Shown: positions 11,187-23,900 of the stretch, piece by piece | Layout: the number at the start of each line of letters is the position of its first letter | Position numbering within the stretch: the first letter of the stretch is position 1 | The notes under the pieces: generated by a model | What the model saw: only the letters and a program-made list of their open reading frames with translations | The model's database searches: none | Told to the model about the DNA's origin: nothing | Source of the DNA: Squalus acanthias | Lineage: Eukaryota | Assembly (NCBI GenBank): GCA_030390025.1 | Contig: CM059432.1 | Location: forward strand, 107,510,001 to 107,574,000 | Direction: 5' to 3' | Length of the DNA: 64,000 bases | Translations under genes and position numbers: made by a program

Positions 11187-11472
11187 GGGCGTCAGCCTTG
11201 GCTCAGGGGTAGTACTCTTATCTTTGAGTCAGATCGTCATGGGTTCAAGCCACAGTGTAGAGACCTGAGCACATGACCTAGGCTGACATTTCAGTGCAGT
11301 ACTGAGGGAGCACTGGATATTAAACTGAGATCTATTCTGCCCTCTCAGGTGGCCATAAAAGATCCCACCGCACTGACCAATATTTATCCCTCAACCAACA
11401 TCACCAATGTGGTCATTTATCTTATTGCAGTTTTTGAGAACTTGCTGTGCAAAAATTGGCTGTCATGTTTAC
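11187..11472 (+). mobile_element. tRNA-derived Deu-domain SINE (SacSINE1-like), internally deleted
   Basis: Pol III A-box-like TGGCTCAGGGG and B-box-like GGTTCAAGCC, followed by a core shared with 7146-7449. Confidence 0.7.
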
Positions 11473-11724
11473 TTCTCTCTCTACCATCAATTTCTTTGTA
11501 ATTTTTCTCTCATATTATGAAAGAGTCATATGGTCCAGCCAAAGTTACTATCTCGCTGCCTACACTCTTATTCACGTTAAGGCCCCTGGGGATCCACTCT
11601 GCTGGCCCAGAACCCCTGTCCTCGCCCCAGGCCGGAGACCCTGTTCAAAATCCTGGGAGCGGGCTCATTTACATGCCTGGGGTGAGTCTCTGGTACCTGC
11701 AAGAGTGCATCAGTGGCGCTGAGG

Positions 11725-11890
11725 GCAATTGAAAATTTCAAGACTAAGGTTGCTAGATTTTTGTTGGGTAAGGGTATTAAGGGATATGGAACCAAGGTGG
11801 CTAGATGGAGTTAAAATATAGATCAGCCATGATCTAACTGAATGGCTGAACAGGCTCGAGGGGCTGAATGTTCTACTCCTGTTCCTATGT
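11725..11890 (+). mobile_element. CR1 3' end fragment
   Basis: GATCAGCCATGATCT..TGAATGG....CAGGCTCGAGGGGCTGAATG..CTACTCCTG, as in the other CR1 3' UTRs. Confidence 0.8.
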
Positions 11891-11894
11891 CCAG

Positions 11895-12150
11895 ATGCTG
11901 GTGTTCAGATGCTGATTGGATGGGATAATCTAGGCCAACGGTATCTGAGTCCTGAAGAAGTGATTAACAAGAAGGCCTCTGACATCATCATTGTGGGCCG
12001 AGGAATCCGGTTTGAAAAGGATTGTGGGGATGCTACAAGACTATACAAAATGGCAGGATGGGAGGTGTACCTGAGCAGGTCGTCATCTGCCAGTAATTGA
12101 AAGTTTGAACAAAAATACACAGTTGAAATGAATTGATTTGTAATAAATGT
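11895..12150 (+). pseudogene. UMPS: UMP synthase (OMP decarboxylase C-terminus) fragment with 3' UTR, probably a 5'-truncated processed pseudogene
   Basis: [36 protein letters not shown]...YKMAGWEVYLSR matches the vertebrate UMPS C-terminus ([37 protein letters not shown]...YRKAAWEAYLSR). Stop at 12098-12100, AATAAA at 12142-12147. No other UMPS exons were recognised in the window. Confidence 0.8.
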
Positions 12151-12204
12151 TTGTAATTTTTATAACCCAGCTCTGTCGAAGTGTGCTGTACTGGAGTTAT
12201 AGCT

Positions 12205-12296
12205 TGGATTATGTGCTCAAGTTCTTCGAGTGGGGCTTGAATCCACAATTGTCTGCCTCACGGGAAGAGTTCTAGCACTGAGCCAAGCTGCCACTT
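12205..12296 (-). mobile_element. SINE tRNA-like head fragment
   Basis: Reverse complement reads GCAGCTTGGCTCAGTG...GGATTCAAGCCCCACTC...CTTGAGCACA, like the head of 11187-11472. Confidence 0.6.
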
Positions 12297-12786
12297 AGCA
12301 AATAAAACTCTACTAATTGATTCTCAGTATGGATCTCATTTACCATGTGATTTTTTCCCCCAGACTGTGTACTGTTTCGAACATAACCTCTGCCACAAGA
12401 CTTCATTCTGTGCCCCAGAGTCAAGAGGCATTAGCTGACTAGTTGAGAGAAAGTCTCGTTAATGCATTCTCTGCGTGAAGGTGAGTGTTCTCTTTAACAT
12501 TATTAAAAACTGCCCAAGGTGGCTCAGACTCTAATCTGTGCTGAACTAGCTGATCTCAGCCAGGGCTAAAGGCAGAATTACAGCTAGTCCAACGTCCCCA
12601 GGCTAGAGGGGGCAAAGCAGACATAGTTCCCACTGCTGATCACCATCCATAGATTTTGCCCCTTCCCCTCTGGAACCGCTCATGTGTGGATGCCAGGAAA
12701 GAATCCGGCTTGGCTGTGACGCACCCCGCCCCTACCCCCCTCCCCTGCACAAACAGCCAGACAACACTAATTGCCTGGGTCCACAC

Positions 12787-12924
12787 TAATGCTCTGCACC
12801 TCCCGCGCAGCCGGCTCATCGGCTTTTAAATAGGAAAAACCGCGCATGTGTGGTATTTTGAATGGACCACGCAGCCCCTTAAAGGGAACCTAAAGCGCAC
12901 CCAAAAAAATTGAAGGGAACATTG
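12787..12924. mobile_element. Second, more degraded copy of the hAT MITE
   Basis: Shares GCCGGCTCA.CGGCTTTTAAATAGGAAAAAC and the right TIR GAAGGGAACATTG with 233-381; 8-bp TSD GTCCACAC / GTCCACAT (12779-12786, 12925-12932). Confidence 0.8.
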
Positions 12925-12964
12925 GTCCACATACAAAGAATGGCCACTTGGGTGAGATAGCAAC

Positions 12965-13319
12965 AAATCCCTCCATGACCTCGCCCCTCCCTATTTCATA
13001 AATCTCCTCCAGCCCTACAACTCTCCGAGAACTCGTGTTCCTCCAACTCTGTCCTCTTATCCACCCCAATTTGCTTCACCCCACCACTGGCAGCCGTGCC
13101 TTCAGCCGTCTAGCCCCTAAGCTCTGGAATTCCCTCACAAATCCTCTCTGCCTCACCACCTCTTCATCCTCCTTTAAGATCCTCCTTAAAACCTACCTCT
13201 TTGACCAAGCTTTTGTGAACCAGTCCAAATGTCTCCTTCTTTAGCTCGGTGCCAATTTTTGTCTGATTATGCTCCTGTGAAGCGCCTAAGGATGTTTTAC
13301 TACTTTAAAGGCACTATAT
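12965..13319 (+). mobile_element. L2-type LINE 3' fragment
   Basis: Homologous to 6560-6920 (CCCTAAGCTCTGGAATTCCCT, AAAACCTACCTCTTTGACCAAGCTTTTG). Confidence 0.8.
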
Positions 13320-13334
13320 GGAGATATGACACAT

Positions 13335-14965
13335 GCTGTGCGAACCCCTATAATAGCTCACTGCATTCTGGGATGGTTCCCTTAGACTGGAAGGAGGCTA
13401 ATGTCATCCCCATCTTTAAAAAAAGGAGGTAAGACGGATTCGAGTAACTATAGGCCCATTAGTCTGACGTCAGTAACAGGGAAGACGCTTGAGGGGATCA
13501 TTAGGGACGCAATTTATGACTACTTAGATACTTAGACAGAGAAGGACATATTAGGACATCCAACATGGCTTCAAACAAAGGAGGTGGTCATGTCTTACAA
13601 ATTTGATTGTATTTTTTGAAGAAATCACTGAGATAGTGGATGAGGGACACCCGGTAGACATTGTCTACTTAGACTTCCAAAAAGCTTTTGACAAGCTACT
13701 GCAAAAGAGGCTGCTCTACAAGATCAAAGCCTCCGGTATTAGTGGTAATATATTGAGCTGGATTGAGAACTGGCTGGAAGGCCGTCGGCAGAAAGCAGTC
13801 ATAGATGGATTTGGATCTGCTTGGAGAACGGTTACCAGTGGTGTCCTGCAGGGATCAGTGTTGGGGCCGTTGCTCTCTACTATTTTTATTAATGATCTAG
13901 ATGTAGGTGTTGGGGGACGATTGCAGATGATACTAAGATTTGTGTGAGTGTTAGGGCTGTTGACGATGCTCGTCTGCTCCAGGCGGATCTTAATGTGTTG
14001 GGGGATTGGGCTTGTGCCTCTCAAATGATGTATAACCTGGATAAGTACAGTGTTATGCATGTGGGCAGGGTGAATGCTGAACATACATACACCCTTTAGG
14101 GGAAAGTACTAAAGCTGGTGGAAAAAGAAAGAGATCTGTGCGTTCTAGTGCATAGATCTCTAAAGATTCATGGCCTTTTATCATGAAGCGATAGCTAGAG
14201 CGAATAGGGTGTATTTATACGACAATTGACTATAAGACGAAGCATAATATTTTCTCCTTGTACAAGAACTTAGTCAGCCCTCAGTTAGAATACTGTGTCC
14301 AGTTTTGGTCTCCTCACATGGTGGGTGATACTGAGACTTTGAAAAGGGTGCAAAGGAGGGACAGAAGAATAATTCATAGTTTAAAGCAACTTAGTTATCA
14401 AGATAGGCTTAAAGAGATGGGACTCTACACTTTAGAGAAGCATAGACTTAGGGATGATTTGATTAAGGATTATAAGATGATGAAGGGACTAGATTGTGTT
14501 CGAGTAGTCAGCTTCTTTCAACTAAATAGGTAAGGGAGGACCAGGGGTCACAATCTCAAGTTATATAAGGCCAGATCTAGGTTAGATGTCAGGAGGTGGT
14601 TCTTTTCCCAGAGAATAGTGGACATCTGGCAGCTGCCAGCTCACACAGGACACCGATTCACTGAATTCCTTCAGGCGAGAGCTGGACCTGTTTCTGGCTG
14701 ACGTGGAGATCACCTCGTACAAAAGATAGATACTGCATGACATTAATTAGGGCCAGAGTAATCTCTTGGACTAGTTTCGATCACCTAAGAGGGTCAGAGA
14801 GGAAACTCACTGATTTTTTTCCCCCCCAAATTGGCCTCGGTTTTTAATCTGGTTTTTGGCCTCTCCCAGGAAATCATATGGCTTTCGGGTGTGGTGGGAA
14901 AGGAATTGCAGTTGTGTGGAACAAGTTGGATGGACCAGAGTCATTTCCTGTCCATCATTGTCCAT
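13335..14965 (+). mobile_element. Old CR1 LINE of a divergent subfamily (RT region to 3' UTR), multiple disruptions
   Basis: [47 protein letters not shown]; the 3' UTR differs from the other CR1 copies. Confidence 0.85.
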
Positions 14966-15003
14966 ATTATTGCAAGTTGTTGTTGTTGAACTGGACAAAT
15001 CAT

Positions 15004-17955
15004 GACCCCGATTTTGGTGTGGAACATAAAAATGGGTATAAAAATAAAACAAAAAAGGTGACTCAACCGTGGCTAACAAGGGAAATTAGGGATAGCAATA
15101 AGATCCAAGGAGAGGACATATAAATTGGCCAGAAAAAGCAGCAAACCTGAGGATTGGGAACAGTTTAGGATTCAGCAAAGGAGGACAAAGGGATTAATTA
15201 AGAGGGGGAAAATAGAATATGAGAGTAAGCTTGCAGGGAACATAAAAACTGACTGTAAAAGCTTCTATAGATAAGTGAAGAGAAAAAGATTGGTGAAGTC
15301 AAGCGTAGGTCCCTTGCAGTCAGAACCAGGGGAATTTATAATGGGGAACAAAGAAATGGCCGATGAATTAAATACATACTTTGGTTCTGTTTTCACAAAG
15401 GAGGACAAAAATAAACTCCCAGAAATGTCGGGGACCATAGGGTCTAATGAGATGGAGGAATTGAATGAAATCACTATTTGTAGGGAAATGGTGTTAGGGA
15501 AATTGACGGGATTGAAGGCCGATAAATCCCCAGGGCCTGATAATCTACATCCTAGGGTACTTAAGGAAGTGGCCCTAGAAATAGTAGATGCATTGCTGGT
15601 CATCTTTCAAAATTCTATAGACTCTGGAACAGTTCCCATGGATTGGAGGGTAGCTAATGTAACCCCACTATTTAAAAAAGGTGGGAGAGAAAAAATGGGG
15701 AATTATAGCCTGACATCGGTAGTGGGCAAAATGCTAGAGTCCATTATAAAAGATGTAATAGCAGAGCACTTGGAAAACAGTGACAGGATTGGACAAAGTC
15801 AACATGGATTTACAAAAGGGAAATCATGCCTGACTAATCTACTGGAATTTTTTGAGGATGTAACTGGTAGAATAGATAAGGGAGAAACAGTGGATGTGGT
15901 GTATTTGGACTTTCAGAAGGCTTTCGATAAGGTCCCGCATAAGAAATTAGCGTACAAAGTTAAAGCACATGGGATTGGGGGTGAGGTACTGATTTGGATA
16001 GAGAACTGGTTGGCAGACAGGAAGCAAAGAGTTGGAATAAACGGGTCGTTATCCGAGTGGCAGGCAGTGACTAGTGGGGTACCACAGGGATCGGTGCTAG
16101 GACTCCAGCTATTCACAATATATATTAATGATCTAGACGAGGGAACTAGATGTAATATCTCTAAGTTTGCAGACGACACAAAGCTGGGTGGGCGTGTGTG
16201 CTGTGAGGAGGATGCAGAGAAACTCCAGTATGATTTGGACAGGTTGGGTGATTGGGCAGATGCATGGCAGATGCAGTATAATGTGGATAAATGCGAGGTT
16301 ATCCACTTTGGTGGCAAAAACAGGAAGACAGATTATTATCTGAACGGCAATAGATTGGGAAAACGAGATCTGGGAGTCCTTGTGCACCAGTCGCTGAAGG
16401 TAAGCATGCAGGTGCAGCAGGCGGTTAAGAAGGCAAATGGTATGTTGGCCTTCATAGCGAGAGGATTCGAGTACAGGAGCAAGGATGTCTTGCTGCAGTT
16501 GTACAAGGCCTTGGTGAGACCACACCTTGAGTATTGTGTGCAGTTTTGGTCGCCTTATCTGAGGAAGGATGTTCTTGCCATGGAGGGAGTGCAGCGAAGA
16601 TTTACCAGACTGATACCTGGGATGGCAGGAATGACGTATGAAGAGAGATTGGGTCGATTAGGCTTATATTCGCTAGAGTTTCGAAGAATGAGAGGGGATC
16701 TCATTGAAACTTATAAAATTCTAACAGGACTAGACAGACTAGATGCAGGAAGGATGTTCCCGATGGCGGGGGAGTCCAGTACCACAGGTCACAATCTAAG
16801 GATAAGGGGTAAGCCATTTAGGACTGAGATGAGGAGGAATTTCTTCACCAGAGAGTGGTGAACCTGTGGAATTCTCTACCACAGAAGGCAGTTGAGGCCA
16901 ATTCATTAAATATATTCAAGAAGGAGATAGATATATTTCTTAAGGCTAAAGGGATCAAGGGATATGGGGAGAAAGCAGGGACAGGGTACTGAATTTGGAT
17001 GATCAGCCATGATCTCATTAAATGGCGGAGCAGGCTCGAGGGGCCGAATGGCCTACTCCTGCTCCTTGCTTCTATGCTTCTATGTAATGGGCGGGCGATG
17101 GGCAGAGCAATCGCACCCTGCCTGCCCGATGATGTCATTGGCAGGCCTCAACTGTTTTGATGGTCAGGCCTCATTTAAAGTTTACTGGCCAGCAGCCAGT
17201 GCGAATTCCACTGTTCACAGGCAGATATCAGCGCTTCGGAGGGCAGGTAATCTGGCGACCCTGACCCCTCTTAAAGGGGTGGTGACTTTTTAGTGGTGGT
17301 TTGGAGGATATGTGTTTGTATAAACTGAAGCAAGAATGGCCAGGACACCCTTTTTTGCGATGCAGCTATGGAGATGCTTGTGGAGCAAGTGAGGTCCAGA
17401 AAGCAGGTCCTCTTTCTTTCTGACGGCAAGTGGGTCACAAGATAAATCAACCAAGAGGCATGGAGAAAGGTGGCTCAGCATGTTAATGTCTGCAGCATCA
17501 TACTAGTGCAGGGAAAAAAATCAATGATCTCACCAGGACTGCCAAGAATTCTACCCTCACATCCCTTTTGCTCTAAATACAGTCCTGCAACTCCACACTT
17601 TTCCCCAGCACCATCAATCCTCCCCACCCCATTGCATATGACTCTCTTCCAATCACAACACAACACTGCACGTCCCACATGCACACTTAACGCATGCTAA
17701 CTTCTTTCACACTTCACGCTGCATTTACTTTCTTTCATACAACCATCTCCCCTTCTTGCACACGCTTACTACTTCTCCCACTCAGCATGTATGCTGACTT
17801 AAGCTGCATCGTAAATCTTTCCAACCCTTTCTCAGGCTACATACTAATCCACTCCTCTCTCAGGATAAGCTGGTGAGTAATCGAAGGGAGACTACAAGAA
17901 CCAGCAAGAGATACAGCCATGCTGTAAACTCGCACTCCAATGGAGGATGCTGTCT
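15004..17955 (+). mobile_element. Decayed Harbinger element with a Myb/SANT relic, split near its left end by a CR1
   Basis: TIR-like GACCCCGATTTT at 15004. After the CR1, ~17337-17540 encodes PFFCDAAMEMLVEQVRSRKQVLF...AWRKVAQHVN...NDLTR with frameshifts, followed by a C/A-rich intron-like tract as at 62968-63286. Confidence 0.6.
15037..17085 (+). mobile_element. Young 5'-truncated CR1 LINE (RT ORF 15275-16861, small deletions)
   Basis: All CR1 RT motifs; 6-bp TSD AATGGG at 15031-15036 and 17086-17091; near-identical to the copy at 55240-57125. Confidence 0.92.
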
Positions 17956-20753
17956 GACGTAAGAAAACTACTCGGCACTTGGTCTAAGCGTTAAACAAAG
18001 CTTCAATCAACTGTTTTACAACATGGAGGTCTAGTTGTGTCCTTCACTGGTTCCTGTTAAGAATGTCCTGCACAAGCTGGGCCCATGCCCGAGTATTTAT
18101 ACTCTCCCTGGACAGCGCCACCCGCAGGCCACTCAGTATTATTTCATAAGTCTTTCTTTCATGAATGACAGATTCATGTCACTGTCCTTGATATCACAGG
18201 CAGAGAGAGGAGAGTATTTGCATTTACACCTTAATTTGAGCTGTTCCGCTGTTTTTAGTTTGTTTTCATTTACTTGTCCGTAGTCGGCAACAGCTGTTTT
18301 AAAAATGGAAGTCAGGGCTGAGATTGAATCATATGGGACAAATGAGCCAATTAGGTGCAGTAGAATAAATTTGCCTAGATTAGAATATATTTGCCTATGA
18401 TTAAGAATGATACAGAAGTGTAACATAAAACTGATACAGGAAAGTATAAGGATGTGCAATATTCCCAAGACTTACATATGATAGCTAGATATTTTGTATC
18501 AAATTATTTACATTTCAATGTCCTTTTCAAGTGCTATGCAGTTCTTCAATAATCCAAAGTGCAGAAGCATAAGAACATAAGAAATAGGAACAGGAGTAGG
18601 CCATACGGCCCCATGAACCAATAAGGAACCGTATGGCCTACTCCTGCTCCTCGATTCAATAAGAACATGGCTGAACTTATACCTCAACTCCACTTTCCCA
18701 CCCTATCCCCATATCCCTTGATTCTCTTAGTGCCCAAAAATCTATCGATCTCAGTCTTGAATATACTCATCAAATGAGCATCCCAATCCCAAAGATTCAC
18801 CACCCTTTGAGTGAAGAAATTTCTCCTCATCTCAGTCCTAAATACCCAACCCCTCAGCCTTAGACTATGACACCTAGTTCTAGACGCTCCAGCCAGGGGA
18901 AACATCCTCTCAGCACCCTGTCAAGCCCTCTTAAGAATTTTATACATTTCAATGAGATCACTTCTCATTCTTCTAAACTCCAGAGAATATTCTACTCAAT
19001 CTCTCCTCATAGTACAGCCCTCTCATTCCAGGAATCAATCTTGTGAACCTTTGTTGCACCCGCTCTAAGGCAAGTATATCCTTCCTTAGGTAAGGAGACC
19101 AAAACTGTATACAGTACTCCAGGCGTGGTCTCACCAAAGCCCTATATAATTACAGCAAGACTTCCTCACTCTTATACTCCAACTCCCAATAAGACTAACA
19201 TACCATTTGCCTTCCTAATTGTTGCTGTACCTGCATGTTAACTTTCTGTGATTCATAGAATCATAGAAACTTACAGCATGAAAGGAGGCCATTTCGGCCC
19301 ATCGTGTCCATGCCGGCCAACAAAGAGCTATCCAGCCTAATCCCACTTCCCAGCTCTTGGTCCGTAGCCCTGCAGGTTAGAGCATCCCAAGTGCACATCC
19401 AAGTACTTTTTAAATGTGGTTAGGGTTCCTGCCTCTACCACCCTTTCAGGCAGTGAGTTCCAGACCCCCACAACCCTCTGGGTGAAGAAATTTCCCCTCA
19501 AATCCCCTCTAAACCTTCCCCCAATTACTTTAAATCTAGCCCCCTGGTTTTTGACCCCACTGCTAAGGGAAATAGGTCCTTTCTATCCACTTTATCTATG
19601 CCCCTCATAATTTTATACACCTCAATAAGGTCTCCCCTCAGCCTCCTCTGTTCCAAGGAAAACAGACCCAGCCTATCCAGTCTTTCCTCATAGCTAAGAT
19701 TCTCTACTCCCGGCAACATCCTTGTAAATCTCCTCTGTACCCTCTCTAGTGCAATCACATCTTTCCTGTAATGTGGTGACCAGAACTGCACACAGTACTC
19801 TAGCTGAGGCCTAACTAGTGTTTTATACAGTTGAAACATAACCCCCCTGCTCTTGTATTCTATGCCACGGCTAATAAAGGCAAGCATTCCGTATGCCTTC
19901 TTAACCACCTTATCTACTTGGCCTGCTACCTTCAGGGATCTGTGGACATGCACTCCAAGGTCCCTTTGTTCCTCTACACTACTCAGTGTCCTACTATTTA
20001 ATGTGTATTCCCTTTCCTTGTTAGCCCTCCCCAAATGCATTACCTCACACTTCTCCGGATTGAATTCCATTTGCCACTGTTCTGCCCATCTGACCAATTT
20101 ATTGATATCTTCCTGCAGTCTACAGCTTCCTTCTTCAGTATCAACCACACAGCCGATTTTAGTATCATCTGCAAACTTCTTAACCATACCCCCTATATTC
20201 AAGTCAAGATCGTTGATATATACCACAAAAAGCAAGGGACCTAGTACTGAGACCTGCGGAACCCCACTGGAAACAGCCTTCCAGTCACAAAAACACCCAT
20301 CAACCATTACCCTCTGCTTCCTGTCTCCGAGCCTGTTTTGAATCCAACTTGACACTTTGCCCTGGATCCCATGGGCTTTTAACTTCGTGACCAGTCTGCC
20401 ATGTGGAACCTTATCAAAAACCTTGCTAAAGTCCATATACAATACATCAAACGTACTACCCTCCTTGTTTCCTCCTCAAAAAATTCAATCAAGTTTGTCA
20501 GACACGACCTTCCCGTAACAAATCTGTGCTGACTATCCTTGATTAATCCATGTCTTTCTAAATGACTTCAGCAGCCAGGGGCATTCAGCCTCGGATCTGC
20601 GGGTAAGCGTTCTCCAGGGCGGCCTTCGGGATACACGACAGCGCAAAATCATAGAGCAGAAACTGATAGCCAAGTTCCGCACTCATGAGGATGGCCTCAA
20701 TCGCGATATCGGGTTCATGTCACGATACAGAACGTGACTTGACATAATGGCCG

Positions 20754-20936
20754 TGTCGTAAGAATGAGCCTTACGCGTGGTAAACTTAATGTAAGCTTTA
20801 ATCAACTTAAAACGGTGCTGCATACAAAAGAGGTCTTACCCTATGCCTCTTCCAGATCTAACTGATCAGTCCAGTATTTATCCTGGACTGATTACAGGAA
20901 GTGATGTAATACAGGAAGCTGAAAAGTGTTACCACA
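20754..20936 (-). repeat. 3' LTR of the Gypsy element
   Basis: Direct repeat of 24991-25173; preceded on the minus strand by the PPT. Confidence 0.97.
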
Positions 20937-20954
20937 TTCTCCCCCCCCAAAAGA

Positions 20955-23900
20955 TTAGGAGGCCGGGATGCTCCCTCCATTTCGTAGCCGTTGGATGAGG
21001 GAGAGCCGCACCCGTTTGGGTTCTCGTAGCGGTAGAGGGCCCCTAGCCCGTTTACCCGCTGCGGGCCATGGACCAGAGTCCGAGTGCTCCAGCCCACTCT
21101 GTGAGGGGTCAGAACGATCCTGACTGTGTACTGGTACCCGAATGGGTGTCGGGCAGGGCTGTGGCAGATCCGTTTCTGAGCGTACGGTACAGGGTTGATC
21201 GTGGCTGCGCGTGCGAGCCCCGACGGGCTCATAGTCAGTCTGCCCCAGGTCGGCACGCTGGAGTGAGGTACCAGCCGGCGTCAGATCCCGATCATGATGA
21301 GAGGCACCTGGCAAGCCCAGAGATGTGCCTGGTACAATATCATCCCCTGGTGTCCCTCTATGTTTCGGCGGGCAGGGAGCCAGATCCCGCAATGACACGG
21401 TAGATTCCCGACCGTCAGGATACCGAATATAGGCGTAGGTAGGGTTGACGTCAGTGAGCTCAACCTCATCTACCAGGGGGTCATTCTTAGACGCCCGGAC
21501 ATATCTTCGGAGTAGCACTGGTCCCGGTGCAGTCAGCCACGACGGGAGAGATGTCCCATAGGATGAGCGACGCTGAAATCGGAAGAACCGTTCATGAGGC
21601 GTCGTATTTGTGGCGGTCGAAAGGAGGGACCGTGTGGAGTGTAATGCGTCTGGAAGTACTGCTTCCCAATGCTGGTTGGGTAGGCCCCGAGATCTCAAAG
21701 CCAGACGTACCGCATTCCAGATGATAGCGTTAAAACGCTCGACTTGCCCATTCCCAACCGGATGATAAGGCGTCGTTTTGCTGGCAGCAATACCCCGTTC
21801 CGAGAGATAGGCCTTGAGTTCTCCCGACATAAAAGAAGGGCCCCGATCTGAATGAACATAGGATGCCATGCCACAGAAAGCAAATACCTGTTCAAGGCAG
21901 CTGATAACCGTGGTTGTCAGCATATTGGGGCAGGGAAAGGCAAACGGAAAACGAGAATACTCATCAACCATTGTTAATAGATAAGTGTTGCGAGTCGAAG
22001 AGGGCAACGGCCCCTTAAAATCGATGCTAAGCCTTTGCATTGGCTGGGTCGCATGTATGAGTATACCACCCGAGGGGCGGAAAAACCGAGGTTTCAATTC
22101 CGCACAGACTCTGCAGTCCGAGCACATCTTCTTTACATCCCCGGTAGAGAATGGGAGATTTCGGGACCGCACGAAGTGCAGCATGCGAGTAACGCCTGGA
22201 TGACACAACCCATCATGGATGTCTACGAGCGTAGAGGGTGCCATGGCGGAGCAGAATGCTCGTGTGAGGGTATCCGGAGCCACATTCTCCTTGCCAGGTC
22301 GATAGTGGATGGTGTAACCAAAAGAGGCCAATTCCAGCCGCCAAAGCTGGATTTTATTATTTTTAATTTTGGTCCGTTTTCGATTATCGAGCATGAAGGC
22401 GACCGATCGCTGGTCCGTGATTAAGGTAAAGTGCTGGCGAGCCAGGAGATGACTCCACTTCCGTACTGCCTCTATGATGGCTGTAGCTTCTTTCTCGACT
22501 GGAGGATAATGTAGCTCAGCCCCTTGAAAAGTCCTGGACAAAAATGCCACCGGACGACCTTCCTGATTCAGAGTGGCTGAGATTGCCACCTCCGAGGCAT
22601 CACACTCAACCACGAAAGGAAGACTCTCATCGATGGAGTGAAGAGCCGCTTTCTCCAACTGCTTTTTCAGGAGGTTAAAGGCTGCAACAGCCGTTGTGTC
22701 TAGTGGGAATGTGCTGGCCTTCAGTAGAGGTTGGATTCGGTCCGAGAAGTTAGGAATCCATTTCGCATAGTATGCAAACAGGCCGAGGGCCCGGCGCAAG
22801 GAGGCCGGATTCTTAGGTGGCGGGAGTTCTTGGAGTGGGCGAAGCCTTTCAGGGTCAGGTTTAATGATGCCATTGCCCACACAATAGCCAAGGATGTTGA
22901 TGGTTGGTTGTGACTCAATGGATTTAGCCGCATTCAATGTCAAATTACGGTGCTGGAGTGCATCCCAAAATCGTTGGAGATTGGCGTCATGTTCCTGCTG
23001 ATTGCGACCTGCGACAGTAATATTGTCCAGATAAGGAAACGTATCCTTCAAGTCTTCCTGTTTGACCAGGTCATCCATTGCTCGCTGGAAGACAGCCACT
23101 CCATTAGTGACCCCAAAGGGGAGGCGACGAAATTGATACAGCCGCCCATTGGCTTCAAAGGCTGTATACTGCTTGTCTGAGACCTTCAAGGGTACCTGAT
23201 GATAGGCGCTTTTCAGATCATAAGTCGAGAACACCGTGTACTCAGCCAATTTATTAACCATATCATCGATGCGCGGCAATGGGTATGCGTCCAAGTCCGT
23301 ATATTGATTGATGGTCTGTGAATAGTCAATGCACAGCCGTTTCTTGTGAGGTTGTAGAGGGTTCTTAACAATAACGACCTGGGCGCGCCATGGCGACGAA
23401 CAAGGCTCGATGATATCCTCTGCTATAAGCCGAGAAATCTCAGCCGCAATAAAAGACTGGTCTTCCTGACTGAAACGGCGTGACTTTGTTATAATCGGTT
23501 TGCATCGAGGAGGGATACTGGCAAACAGTGAGGGTTCATCCAGTGAAGCTGCTGACAAGGCACAGAACGGTAATCGAGGTCGTATATTAGAAATAGTGAG
23601 TTCAGGTTTGGATCCGCCGAACTCAATGGTAAGCTTCTTATGCTGCTTTTGAAAATCCAGCCCTAAGATAAGATCACTACATAAGTCCTTGAGCACCGAA
23701 AGCCGGGTGGAGGGATACCTGTGACCATTAAGCATTATTTCAACTACACAGAAGCCAGAAATTCTGGTATTAAGTGATGACTGAGCCATCGCAACTGCCT
23801 GGTCCGATGGAAAAACATGTAGCTTTAACTGTGCAACAGTCTGTTCCCTAATGAAACTATCAGTGCTACCTGAGTCAATTAAGGCATCTAAAGTATGTCC

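Noticed and set aside
11187..11270. tRNA gene
   Set aside because: A/B boxes are present, but there is no clean cloverleaf and the sequence continues into a SINE body.
11517..11732. Peptide GLIYMPGVSL as an upstream piece of UMPS (cf. FLHLTPGVQL)
   Set aside because: The similarity is only a few residues, the surroundings do not match UMPS, and the GVQ segment is already present at ~11900.
12510..12962. Possible ancient SINE-like repeat hosting the second hAT MITE
   Set aside because: There is only one copy in the window and no diagnostic boxes or tail that I can verify, so it is left unannotated.
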